NCBI GenBank assembly: GCA_040005235.1
Contig: JBDTZG010000023.1
Coordinates: 18,648 to 82,647, forward strand
DNA from: Acidobacteriota bacterium
GTDB taxonomy: Bacteria; Acidobacteriota; Thermoanaerobaculia; Multivoradales; UBA5704
Direction of reading: 5' to 3'
Length of the DNA: 64,000 nucleotides
In this document: positions 1 through 7,640 of the stretch, one piece after another
Numbering within the stretch: the stretch's first letter is position 1
Layout: each line of letters opens with the position of its first letter
Notes under the pieces: model-generated
The model's database searches: none
The model's input: only the letters and a program-made list of their open reading frames with translations
Told to the model about the DNA's origin: nothing
Made by a program: the position numbers and the translations under genes

Positions 1-651
1 GGCCTGGCCGTGATTGCCCTGGCGGCGGGTTTTTTCGACCAGGACGGGCTCGTTGCCGGTCACCGCTCCGCCGTCGCCGAAACCGCCGAGGTTTTTGGTC
101 GGATAAAAGCTCCAGGCGGCGATCCGCCCGAATCCGCCCACCCGCTTGCCCCGCCATTTGGCGCCGTGCGCCTGGGCGGCGTCTTCCATCAGCCAAAGGC
201 CGTGACGCCCGCAGACGCGGCAGATCGCGTCGACGTCGAACGGCCGGCCATAGAGATGGACGCCGATCATGCCGACGGTCCGGTCGGTGATCCGCGCTTT
301 GGCGTCTTCGGCCGAAATGTTGAGCGTCTCGGGATCGACGTCGACGAAGATCGGAGTTCCCCCGACCAGGGCGACCGCTTCGGCGGTGGCGAAGAAACTG
401 AAGGCGGGGACCAGCACCTCGTCGCCCGGCTTCACCCCCAGCACTCGAAGCGGCAGGATCAGCGCATCGGTTCCGTTCGCGAGGCCGGCGCACGCGTCGA
501 CTCCGAGATAATCGGCGAACCCCTGTTCGAATTCCTTCACCTCGCGACCGAGGATGAAGCTGGTGGTATCGAGAATTTCCTTCCACCGCCGGTCCAGCTC
601 GGGCTGGAGGCGAGCGACGGTTCGGGTGAGGTCGAGGAAAGGCACTTTCAT
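1..651 (-). CDS. DegT/DnrJ/EryC1/StrS family PLP-dependent sugar aminotransferase (3' end runs off window)
   Basis: Not in the ORF track. Manual translation of the minus strand from ATG 651 gives MKVPFLDL...NGTDAL...GDEVLVPAFSFFATAEAV...VHLYG...EDAAQAHGA...SFYPTKNLGGFGDGG. ATGA overlap with the upstream gene's stop (648-650). Confidence 0.93.
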   Translation of the reverse strand, partial: MKVPFLDLTRTVARLQPELDRRWKEILDTTSFILGREVKEFEQGFADYLGVDACAGLANGTDALILPLRVLGVKPGDEVLVPAFSFFATAEAVALVGGTPIFVDVDPETLNISAEDAKARITDRTVGMIGVHLYGRPFDVDAICRVCGRHGLWLMEDAAQAHGAKWRGKRVGGFGRIAAWSFYPTKNLGGFGDGGAVTGNEPVLVEKTRRQGNHGQA

Positions 652-2432
652 CGAGGGGTGGTCTCCGAGGCGGTGGGAGTCGCCGAAGGGTTGGATTCTT
701 GGGGGACCGGCGCAGGGCCGCCGATTTCGCCGCCCGGTTCGGGATCGCCCGGCAGGCGGCGGAGCGGAGCGTCGTTCCACGGCGTCGCCCAGAGGCCCAG
801 CCGGTCGTCGCCCATGGTGATGTTGTTGACGATTTCCAAAGAGGCGACCAGGCGGAAGCGCGGGTCGCGACCCACCACCGGGAACCAGGAGGGAAAGACG
901 ATCACGTAATCGGGTCGGCGGCGCTCGATCGCAAGCAGCATCGACGACTCGAAGTTGAGCCCTTTTTTCATCTCCGTCGCCGCCTCCACCCGGATTTCCG
1001 GGTTGGCGATGCCGACCAGATCGATCACGCGGTTGGGGAGGAAGAACTTGACGGCCCCGATGTCGTTGACCGCGAGCACCGCATCGGGCGGCAGGCGGGG
1101 GCCGAGCCAGCGGGCGATGCGGACGTCGCTATCCTGAACATTGGCGACGTTTTGGGCATAGAGCAGCGAGCCGCGCCAGAGGCCGGAGAGCGTCGGCCAG
1201 ACGAGCAGGGCGAGCAGGATGGCGCGCAGCGGCAGACTCGATCCCGTCGCGGAATCTCCCAGGCCGATCCGCGCGCCAAGCGCTGTGGCGGCGCGTTCGA
1301 GCCCAACCAACCCGAGGACGATCACGATCGGCATCAACGGAAAGTAATAGCGGCCGAAATTACCCGCGAGCAGGCCGCGGCCGGTCGGGCTGATCGTCGA
1401 GTAGGCGAGCGGCAGAGCGATCAGCCAGAGCGCGGGCAGCAGGCCGCGATCGCGGCGGGTTCCCAATCGCTCGACCAGGGCGAGCACGCCCGCTCCGGCG
1501 AGCAGCGTCAGCCAGGGCACCGCGCGAAAGACGATCGAGAGGATCGCAGCGGCGTATTGAGCGTCGGGGACCAGTCCGTGAAGGTCGGCGCCCTTCGCCG
1601 TGAACGTCGTGGGCAGGAAATGACCGCCGACGATCTTGTAGAAAAGGAGCGGGCCGACCAGGGCGCAGAGCGCGAGCGGCAAGCCGATCGCCACCGGCCG
1701 CCAAGGGGGCAGGCGCCAGACCAAAGCGCCATTCTCGACGGCACTCGATCCGTCGTCGAGCCGCTCTTCCGGAGCCCGACGGTCGAACCCGACCCACAGC
1801 CGATCGAGCACCGCGAGCACCAGGAGTAGGGCGCCCTCCGGCCGGGCGAGGATCGCGAGGCCGAAGATTCCCAGCGAGAGCGGCGGACGCCCCGGATCGC
1901 AGCGCTCGCGCAGGTGGAGAACCATGCCGCCGACGCTCAAGAGAATGAACAGCGGCACCTCCATCCCGGAGAGCGCCGACCAGACCAACCAAGAGGTCGC
2001 CGCGGCAAAGCCGGTCGCAACAGAGGCGCCGGCCTCCGACAGGTCGAGCTCCCGCCCGAGACTCCAGATGGCACGCAATCCCGCCAGATGGATCGCGACC
2101 CCTAGCGCCTGGGTCCACAGGACGACGTTGCCGGGAAGATAAAGCAGAAGGGACAGGAGCGCCGTCCAAAGCGGCGCCGTCGAACCGGTCACCCGCTCGG
2201 CGGCGTTGTAGGAAAGGCCGTTGCCGTGCGCCAGGTTTTTCGCGAACTGCAGATGGATCCAGCTGTCGTCGAGCGGAAATCCGAAGTCTCCCGAGAGGAC
2301 GGACGCCTCGACGCCGAAATAGAACAGGCAGATCAGAAAGCCGACGACGAGCAGCCACAAGGGCATTTTCGTTGGGCGCGGAGCGGCCTTAAGACCCTGC
2401 GGCGGCGAAGGGGACGTCTCTGGGTTCGGCAT
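648..2432 (-). CDS. Multi-pass membrane protein, GT-C-like (lipid-linked sugar) glycosyltransferase
   Basis: About 10 or more hydrophobic segments; DD motif in the first loop (FPLDDSWIHLQFAKNLAHGNG), ARPEG and GRYYFP motifs, soluble C-terminal domain. Start uncertain (2471/2432/2366). Confidence 0.65.
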   Translation of the reverse strand: MPNPETSPSPPQGLKAAPRPTKMPLWLLVVGFLICLFYFGVEASVLSGDFGFPLDDSWIHLQFAKNLAHGNGLSYNAAERVTGSTAPLWTALLSLLLYLPGNVVLWTQALGVAIHLAGLRAIWSLGRELDLSEAGASVATGFAAATSWLVWSALSGMEVPLFILLSVGGMVLHLRERCDPGRPPLSLGIFGLAILARPEGALLLVLAVLDRLWVGFDRRAPEERLDDGSSAVENGALVWRLPPWRPVAIGLPLALCALVGPLLFYKIVGGHFLPTTFTAKGADLHGLVPDAQYAAAILSIVFRAVPWLTLLAGAGVLALVERLGTRRDRGLLPALWLIALPLAYSTISPTGRGLLAGNFGRYYFPLMPIVIVLGLVGLERAATALGARIGLGDSATGSSLPLRAILLALLVWPTLSGLWRGSLLYAQNVANVQDSDVRIARWLGPRLPPDAVLAVNDIGAVKFFLPNRVIDLVGIANPEIRVEAATEMKKGLNFESSMLLAIERRRPDYVIVFPSWFPVVGRDPRFRLVASLEIVNNITMGDDRLGLWATPWNDAPLRRLPGDPEPGGEIGGPAPVPQESNPSATPTASETTPR

Positions 2433-2499
2433 CAACGATCGGCTTTCATCGAAGGCGGGAAGCATACACAAGGTCCCGGCGGCGACTATGATCCGTCGA

Positions 2500-3936
2500 A
2501 TGTCCGACCGCCCGAACCGCTATTCCCCTTTTGAGCGCAAGCGCCGGACCGTTTCGCGGATCGCGCTCTATGCCAGCGCCTTGGCCGTCGCCGGAATTGC
2601 CTTCGCGTTCGTTTCGTTGCTCGAACGCCCATTGCGACGGCTCGCCTCAGAGCGGCTCGACTCGCGTGACTATCTGAGGCTGCCCGCGGTCGAGGAACTG
2701 CGCAGCTACGTCCGGATCGACACGACCGACGCGACCGGCGACGAAGTCGCGGGGGCGCGTTTCCTGGCTGGGGAGCTGGCTGCGGCGGGCATTCCCTCTC
2801 ACATCGAGCGGATGGGGCCGAAGAAGGCGAACCTGTGGGCGGTGCTCGAAGGCGAAGACCCGCGCGCCATCGTGCTCCACCATCACATGGATGTAGAGGA
2901 CATTCACCCGGAAGAGAAATGGTTCGCGCCGCCGTTTGGCGCGGAGGTCGTCATGCCTTGGCTCTACGGCCGGGGCGCGTTCGACATGAAGAGCGTCGCG
3001 ATCGCTCAACTGCGCGCCCTGATCGCGCTCAAGAAGAGCGGCAAATCGCTCAAGCGCTCGGTGATCTTTCTCGGCACCAGCAGCGAAGAGACCGGCAGCG
3101 ACCTGGGCGTGCGCTGGCTGCTTGCCCAGCGCCCTGATCTGGCGGCCCGCTTCGGGCTGGTGCTCACGGAAGGCGGTTTTCTGGAGGCGCGGACGCGCGA
3201 CGACATCAAGTACTGGGGTATCGAGGTCGGCCAGAAACATTACGTCGATCTGGACGTCTGCGGCCCGGATCGCCAGCCCTTGGACCAGCTCCATGCTTTT
3301 CTCGCCGCGGCGCAGGGCGAAGCGATCGGGCTGCGACTTCTGCCTGAGGTGCGCGACTACATGAAACGCTACGCTCCGTCCCGCGACCACCCTTGGCTCC
3401 GCGGAGCGCTCGCCGATCCCGACGCGATCGTCAGCGACTCATCGATCTTCTCGAAGCTCCCGCGCTACCTCAAAGGATTTTTCCGCGACGAGGCGCTGCC
3501 GTTCGAAGTAAAGGCCGATCCGGGCGGCGGCTACCGAATGCGGGTGATTCTCCATCTGCTCCGGGACACGTCCGTCGACGAAGCATTTCCCCGTCTCGTC
3601 CCCGCCGGCCTGCTCCACGGTTTGGACTACAGAATCTCCGACTCGTCGGGTCCGTCCGAGCCGAGCTCTGCTGACAGCGCGGACTTCCTCACGATTCAAC
3701 AGACCTTGGCGGACAGCTATCCCAAGGCGAGGATCGGCCCCGCGCTGCTGCCGTGGACCGCGACCGACGCGCGCTTCTTCCGCGCCGCCGGAATTCCCGC
3801 CTACGGCTTCTCGCCATTCTTGATCTTGAGCACCGATACCCTCCAAGTGGACAACGCCAACGAGCGGATGGCCCTGCCGGGCTTCGTTGACGGGGTCGAG
3901 TTGTACGAAACGGTCTTACGCCGTCTCGCCCTTTGA
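2500..3936 (+). CDS. M20/M25/M40 family metallo-hydrolase with N-terminal TM anchor (copy 1)
   Basis: HHHMDV, GRGAFDMK, SSEE, TEGG, TDARFFR motifs; C-terminal His ligand replaced (QVDNANER). Start 2488 or 2500. Confidence 0.85.
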   Translation: MSDRPNRYSPFERKRRTVSRIALYASALAVAGIAFAFVSLLERPLRRLASERLDSRDYLRLPAVEELRSYVRIDTTDATGDEVAGARFLAGELAAAGIPSHIERMGPKKANLWAVLEGEDPRAIVLHHHMDVEDIHPEEKWFAPPFGAEVVMPWLYGRGAFDMKSVAIAQLRALIALKKSGKSLKRSVIFLGTSSEETGSDLGVRWLLAQRPDLAARFGLVLTEGGFLEARTRDDIKYWGIEVGQKHYVDLDVCGPDRQPLDQLHAFLAAAQGEAIGLRLLPEVRDYMKRYAPSRDHPWLRGALADPDAIVSDSSIFSKLPRYLKGFFRDEALPFEVKADPGGGYRMRVILHLLRDTSVDEAFPRLVPAGLLHGLDYRISDSSGPSEPSSADSADFLTIQQTLADSYPKARIGPALLPWTATDARFFRAAGIPAYGFSPFLILSTDTLQVDNANERMALPGFVDGVELYETVLRRLAL

Positions 3937-3971
3937 CACTTTTTGACAACGCCTCTGGTCAAAGATTGTCT
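3934..3971. promoter_or_regulatory. Candidate enhancer (UAS) for a PilR-like activator: TGAC-N6-TGAC-N10-GTCA-N6-GTCT
   Basis: Inverted array of four 4-bp half-sites 54-91 bp upstream of the sigma54 GG; a related motif lies upstream of pilin 2. Confidence 0.5.
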
Positions 3972-4023
3972 GGCGCGAAGAAGAAGCCCCTGATTCCTCA
4001 AGGGTTTGCGCGATCTAAATGCT

Positions 4024-4039
4024 TGGCACGATGCCTGCT
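4024..4039 (+). promoter_or_regulatory. Sigma54 -24/-12 promoter of pilin 1
   Basis: TGGCAC-GATGC-CTGCT; GG(4025-26)-N10-GC(4037-38). Confidence 0.8.
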
Positions 4040-4107
4040 TTCTCTCCAGACAAAACCCATGGAATTGGCCGTGGGAGCAGTCTGGTAGAAAGAATAGGGA
4101 GGAGCCA

Positions 4108-4629
4108 ATGCTCAATCGTCTTCGCAAACGTCAGAAGGGCTTCACGCTCATCGAGCTTCTCATCGTCGTCGCGATCATCGGCATCATCGCGGCTCTGCTG
4201 ATTCCGAACTTCCTGGATGCTCTCCAGAAGGCCAAGCAGAAGCGGACCGTCGCCGACATCCGCAACACCGGCACCGCGATGTTCTCGTGGCTGACCGACC
4301 AGGTCGGCGCCGCCGCCGCCGGTCAGGGCACGGCGGATCTCGGTTCGTACGTCTCGATCACCCAGGCCGATTTGAGCACGCTGCTGGTCCCGGTCTACAT
4401 GCAGGACGTCCCGAAGGTCGACGGCTGGAAGGGCGACTATGACTTCTTCCTGAAGACCGGTTCGCGGGTGCTCGAGCAGCAGGTCATGATGATCCGCAGC
4501 AAGGGCCGCGGCGGCGTGGCGGACAGCACCTCCACCTACACCATCACCTCGTTCGACCCGACCGACTACGCGCAGGACATCGTCTGGGCCGACGGCTTCT
4601 TCGTCCGGTGGCCGCAGAAGACCAACTAA
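4108..4629 (+). CDS. Prepilin 1 (class III signal peptide, GspG-like head), probable major pilin
   Basis: MLNRLRKRQKG|FTLIELLIVVAIIGIIAALLIP; DGW..Y and IRSKG..G motifs; GGAGG RBS; strongly optimal codon usage; followed by a terminator. Confidence 0.92.
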   Translation: MLNRLRKRQKGFTLIELLIVVAIIGIIAALLIPNFLDALQKAKQKRTVADIRNTGTAMFSWLTDQVGAAAAGQGTADLGSYVSITQADLSTLLVPVYMQDVPKVDGWKGDYDFFLKTGSRVLEQQVMMIRSKGRGGVADSTSTYTITSFDPTDYAQDIVWADGFFVRWPQKTN

Positions 4630-4662
4630 ATCTTCCCCCTGTCTGTTGGAGGCTCGGTCAGA

Positions 4663-4699
4663 GGGGGGTGTCGTCTTAGGCGATACCCTCCGCTTTTTT
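4663..4699 (+). terminator. Rho-independent terminator after pilin 1
   Basis: GGGGGGTGTCGTC-TTA-GGCGATACCCTCC stem (with G-U pairs) followed by GCTTTTTT. Confidence 0.75.
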
Positions 4700-4770
4700 C
4701 GAGCCTTTGTAGCCCAGCCGCCGCGACCTCCAAGTCGCGGCGGTTGTCTTTTGGAGCGAGAATTGAATTC

Positions 4771-6129
4771 ATGAGTCGCCGCCTGGCACTGCTGCCGCTC
4801 CTCCTGCTGGCCTGCTCCCCGATCGGCGGCGCCCCCCACGTCTCTGAGGGAGCCGCGTGGCTGCGCGACTACCTGAAGATCGACACCACGAATCCCCCGG
4901 GCCACGAGAGCCGAGCCGTGGACTTTCTCGCCGGAATCCTCGCTCGGGAAGGAATCCCCACCCAACGGTTTGCGGATCAGCCCGGCCGCGACAATTTATG
5001 GGCCCGGTTGCCCGCAAATTCGGGGGCGCCGGGCGCGGGGGGCGCCATCCTCCTGCTCCATCACCTCGACGTCGTTCCCGCCGGTCCCGGCTGGCAGACG
5101 CCCGCGTTTTCCGGCGAGATCCGCGAAGGCCGGCTTTGGGGGCGGGGCGCGATCGACGACAAGAGCCTTGGTATCGCATTCCTGGCGGCGATGATCGACT
5201 TGAAGCGCAGCGGCGTCAAGCGAACGCGCGACGTGATCTGGCTTGGCGTAGCCGACGAAGAGAGCGGCGGCGGAAGCGGCACGGCCTGGCTGCTCACCAA
5301 ACATCTCGAGCTGTTTGCCGGCGTCACCGCCGTGATCGGCGAGGGGGGAGCGAACCGGGTGGCGCAGGGCCGCTTGCTCTGGTGGGGCATTGAGGTCGCG
5401 CAGAAGCGCCCGCTCTGGATTGAGGTCACGGCGGAAGGGCGGGGCGGCCACGGCTCCGGACTGAACCCCTGGAGTGCGAACCATGACTTGGTCCGCGGCC
5501 TCGATCGCCTGCTGGAAGTTTCTTCCCGTTGGCGGGTCTCCGCTCCGGTCCGCACCTATTTGCACGCTCTCGCCCCGCTCCACAACCCTTACTGGCGGAA
5601 ACGTTTCCTCGACATCGACCGGGTCGTGGCGCCCGACGGGCCGCGGGAAATGCTGATGCCCGGCTTGGCGAATCTTTTTCTCGACACCGCCCAGATCACC
5701 GTGCTTTCCGGCGGCGATCGAATCAATGTCATTCCCGCGAAGGCGAGCGCTCAGATCGACATCCGCCTGCTCCCGGATACCGACGCCGCGGCATATCTGC
5801 GGGAGATCAAGACCGCGCTCGGCCCCGATCTGGAGGTGAAGGTCCTGCTCACCTCACCTCCCGCCGCGGCCTCGCCGACCACCACCCCGGCCTTCGCCGC
5901 CTTTCAAAAGACGCTCGCCGGACCGGTCGTTCCGGCCTTCATCGCCGGCTTTACCGACTCCCGCTACTTTCGCGAACGGGGCATTCCAGCCTATGGGTTC
6001 TCCCCTTTCGCCCTGGAGGGACCGGACTTGGCTGGTATTCATGCGGCCGACGAGCGCATCCCCCTCGTCGAGCTCGACCGCGGGATCGAGCGAACCAAAG
6101 ACTTCCTCCGCGCCCTGGCCTCGCCCTGA
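4771..6129 (+). CDS. M20/M25/M40 family metallo-hydrolase, lipoprotein (copy 2)
   Basis: Lipobox LLLAC; HHLDVV, GRGAIDDK, ADEE, GEGG, GHGS, TDSRYFR, IHAADER (complete ligand set). Confidence 0.9.
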   Translation: MSRRLALLPLLLLACSPIGGAPHVSEGAAWLRDYLKIDTTNPPGHESRAVDFLAGILAREGIPTQRFADQPGRDNLWARLPANSGAPGAGGAILLLHHLDVVPAGPGWQTPAFSGEIREGRLWGRGAIDDKSLGIAFLAAMIDLKRSGVKRTRDVIWLGVADEESGGGSGTAWLLTKHLELFAGVTAVIGEGGANRVAQGRLLWWGIEVAQKRPLWIEVTAEGRGGHGSGLNPWSANHDLVRGLDRLLEVSSRWRVSAPVRTYLHALAPLHNPYWRKRFLDIDRVVAPDGPREMLMPGLANLFLDTAQITVLSGGDRINVIPAKASAQIDIRLLPDTDAAAYLREIKTALGPDLEVKVLLTSPPAAASPTTTPAFAAFQKTLAGPVVPAFIAGFTDSRYFRERGIPAYGFSPFALEGPDLAGIHAADERIPLVELDRGIERTKDFLRALASP

Positions 6130-6180
6130 CAGTTTCTGCCGAGGCGGTGACGTATTTTGACCTCAGCTACCTTTTTTGCC
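6127..6180. promoter_or_regulatory. Candidate enhancer (UAS) upstream of pilin 2
   Basis: TGAC-N6-TGCC (6127-40), TGAC-N6-TGAC (6148-61), CTAC-N6-TGCC (6167-80). Confidence 0.45.
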
Positions 6181-6224
6181 TCTCAAAGCACTGACTCTAA
6201 AGGTTTTTACAGAGGCACGGCCGC

Positions 6225-6240
6225 TGGCACGCGGCTTGCG
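6225..6240 (+). promoter_or_regulatory. Sigma54 -24/-12 promoter of pilin 2
   Basis: TGGCAC-GCGGC-TTGCG, near-consensus GG-N10-GC. Confidence 0.85.
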
Positions 6241-6278
6241 ATCCCATAGAGCATCAGGAGTTAGAGGAGGGTTTGGGA

Positions 6279-6803
6279 ATGTTCTCTCAGCGACGAGACA
6301 GGGCCAAAGGTTTCACTTTGATCGAACTTTTGATCGTTATTGCGATCATTGGCATCATCGCCGCGATGTTGATTCCCAACCTGCTCGATGCGATGCAAAA
6401 GGCGAAGCAGAAGCGGACCGTCGCCGAGATCAAGATCATCGGCACCGGCATGATGTCCTGGTTGACCGACCAGACCGGCGCCGCGGCCGCGGGTTCTACG
6501 ACAACCACCAATAGCACCAAGATCGGCGACTACCTGCCCATCTCGGCGGCCGTTCTGCAAACTGTCCTCGAACCGAACTACGTCGGTCAGCTGCCGCCGC
6601 TCGACGGCTGGAAACATCCCTACGACTATTACCTCAACGTAACGGACCCGACCAACAAGCACGTGATGGCGATCCGCAGCTCGGGATTCGACGGTAACCC
6701 CTCCGGAGATACCTACGCCTTCGGTTCCTTCGACCCGACCGATTACGCTCAGGACATCGTCTGGACCGACGGTTTCTTCATTCGCTGGCCGCAAAAACCG
6801 TAG
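6279..6803 (+). CDS. Prepilin 2 (paralog of pilin 1, GspG-like head)
   Basis: AKG|FTLIELLIVIAIIGIIAAMLIP; shares QKAKQKRTVA, SWLTDQ, DGWK and SFDPTDYAQDIVW.DGFF.RWPQK with pilin 1; GAGGAGG RBS. Confidence 0.92.
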   Translation: MFSQRRDRAKGFTLIELLIVIAIIGIIAAMLIPNLLDAMQKAKQKRTVAEIKIIGTGMMSWLTDQTGAAAAGSTTTTNSTKIGDYLPISAAVLQTVLEPNYVGQLPPLDGWKHPYDYYLNVTDPTNKHVMAIRSSGFDGNPSGDTYAFGSFDPTDYAQDIVWTDGFFIRWPQKP

Positions 6804-6854
6804 GATCGGCGGCGAGACGGGAGCGGAGCTTGTTGACGTAAGATCCGCTCCGCC

Positions 6855-7631
6855 GTGCCCCTCTTTCTCCTTTACTGGATCGTTTACTTCGGACTGGTCG
6901 GCCTACTGGTCGGCAGTTATCTGAACGTCGTCATCTACCGCCTGCCGCGTCGGCTTTCGACCGTACTGCCGCGCTCGCGCTGTCCTGCCTGCGGTACGGC
7001 AATCCGCCCCTACGACAACATCCCGGTTCTCGCTTTCCTCTGGCTACGCGGTCGCTGCCGAACCTGCGGCGTTCGGATCGGCTGGCGCTATCCTGCGATC
7101 GAGGCTCTCACCGGAGCGCTGTTCATGCTCTGCGCGCTGCGCTTCGGCCTAAGTGTCGATGCGCTGGTCGCCGCCCTCTTCTGCGCCGCTATGGTGGTCC
7201 TCGCGGCGATCGACGTCGAGCATTTCCTCTTGCCGGACCGGATCACCCTGCCCGGGATCGCGATCGGGCTGGCCGTGCAGCCCTGGCTGCGCGGGCCGGG
7301 CCTGCTCTCGGCGGCGATCGGCGCGGCGGCCGGAGCGGGTATCCTGATCCTCGTCTGGGGAGTCTGGTATCTGATCCGGCGCGAGCACGGCATGGGCTTC
7401 GGCGACGTCAAAATGCTCGCGATGATCGGCGCCTTCCTCGGGCTCCGCTCGATGGGAGTGGCGCTGTTCTTGGCGGTCCTTGCGGGCGCCCTTTGCGGCC
7501 TGGCGCTCCTCGCCGCCGGCAAATTCGGGTTTCGCTCGAAGCTGCCGTTTGGGCTTTTCCTGGCACTCGGAGCGCTGGTCGGGTTGTTCTTCGGCGACGC
7601 GATCTCGACCGCCTACCTCGGCGTGTTGTAA
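6855..7631 (+). CDS. pilD: Prepilin peptidase (A24)
   Basis: GSYLNVVIYRLP, CPAC...GRCRTC Zn motif, ID..H.LLPD, GMGFGDVK, LPFG.FL. Confidence 0.95.
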   Translation: MPLFLLYWIVYFGLVGLLVGSYLNVVIYRLPRRLSTVLPRSRCPACGTAIRPYDNIPVLAFLWLRGRCRTCGVRIGWRYPAIEALTGALFMLCALRFGLSVDALVAALFCAAMVVLAAIDVEHFLLPDRITLPGIAIGLAVQPWLRGPGLLSAAIGAAAGAGILILVWGVWYLIRREHGMGFGDVKMLAMIGAFLGLRSMGVALFLAVLAGALCGLALLAAGKFGFRSKLPFGLFLALGALVGLFFGDAISTAYLGVL

Positions 7632-7640
7632 AAGAGGGAG

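Noticed and set aside
4108-4629. Pilin 1 as an electrically conductive e-pilin (about 17/162 aromatic residues; F1, F24, W50)
   Set aside because: Lacks Y27, has a full GspG-like head, and there are no cytochromes nearby; aromatic content alone is weak evidence.
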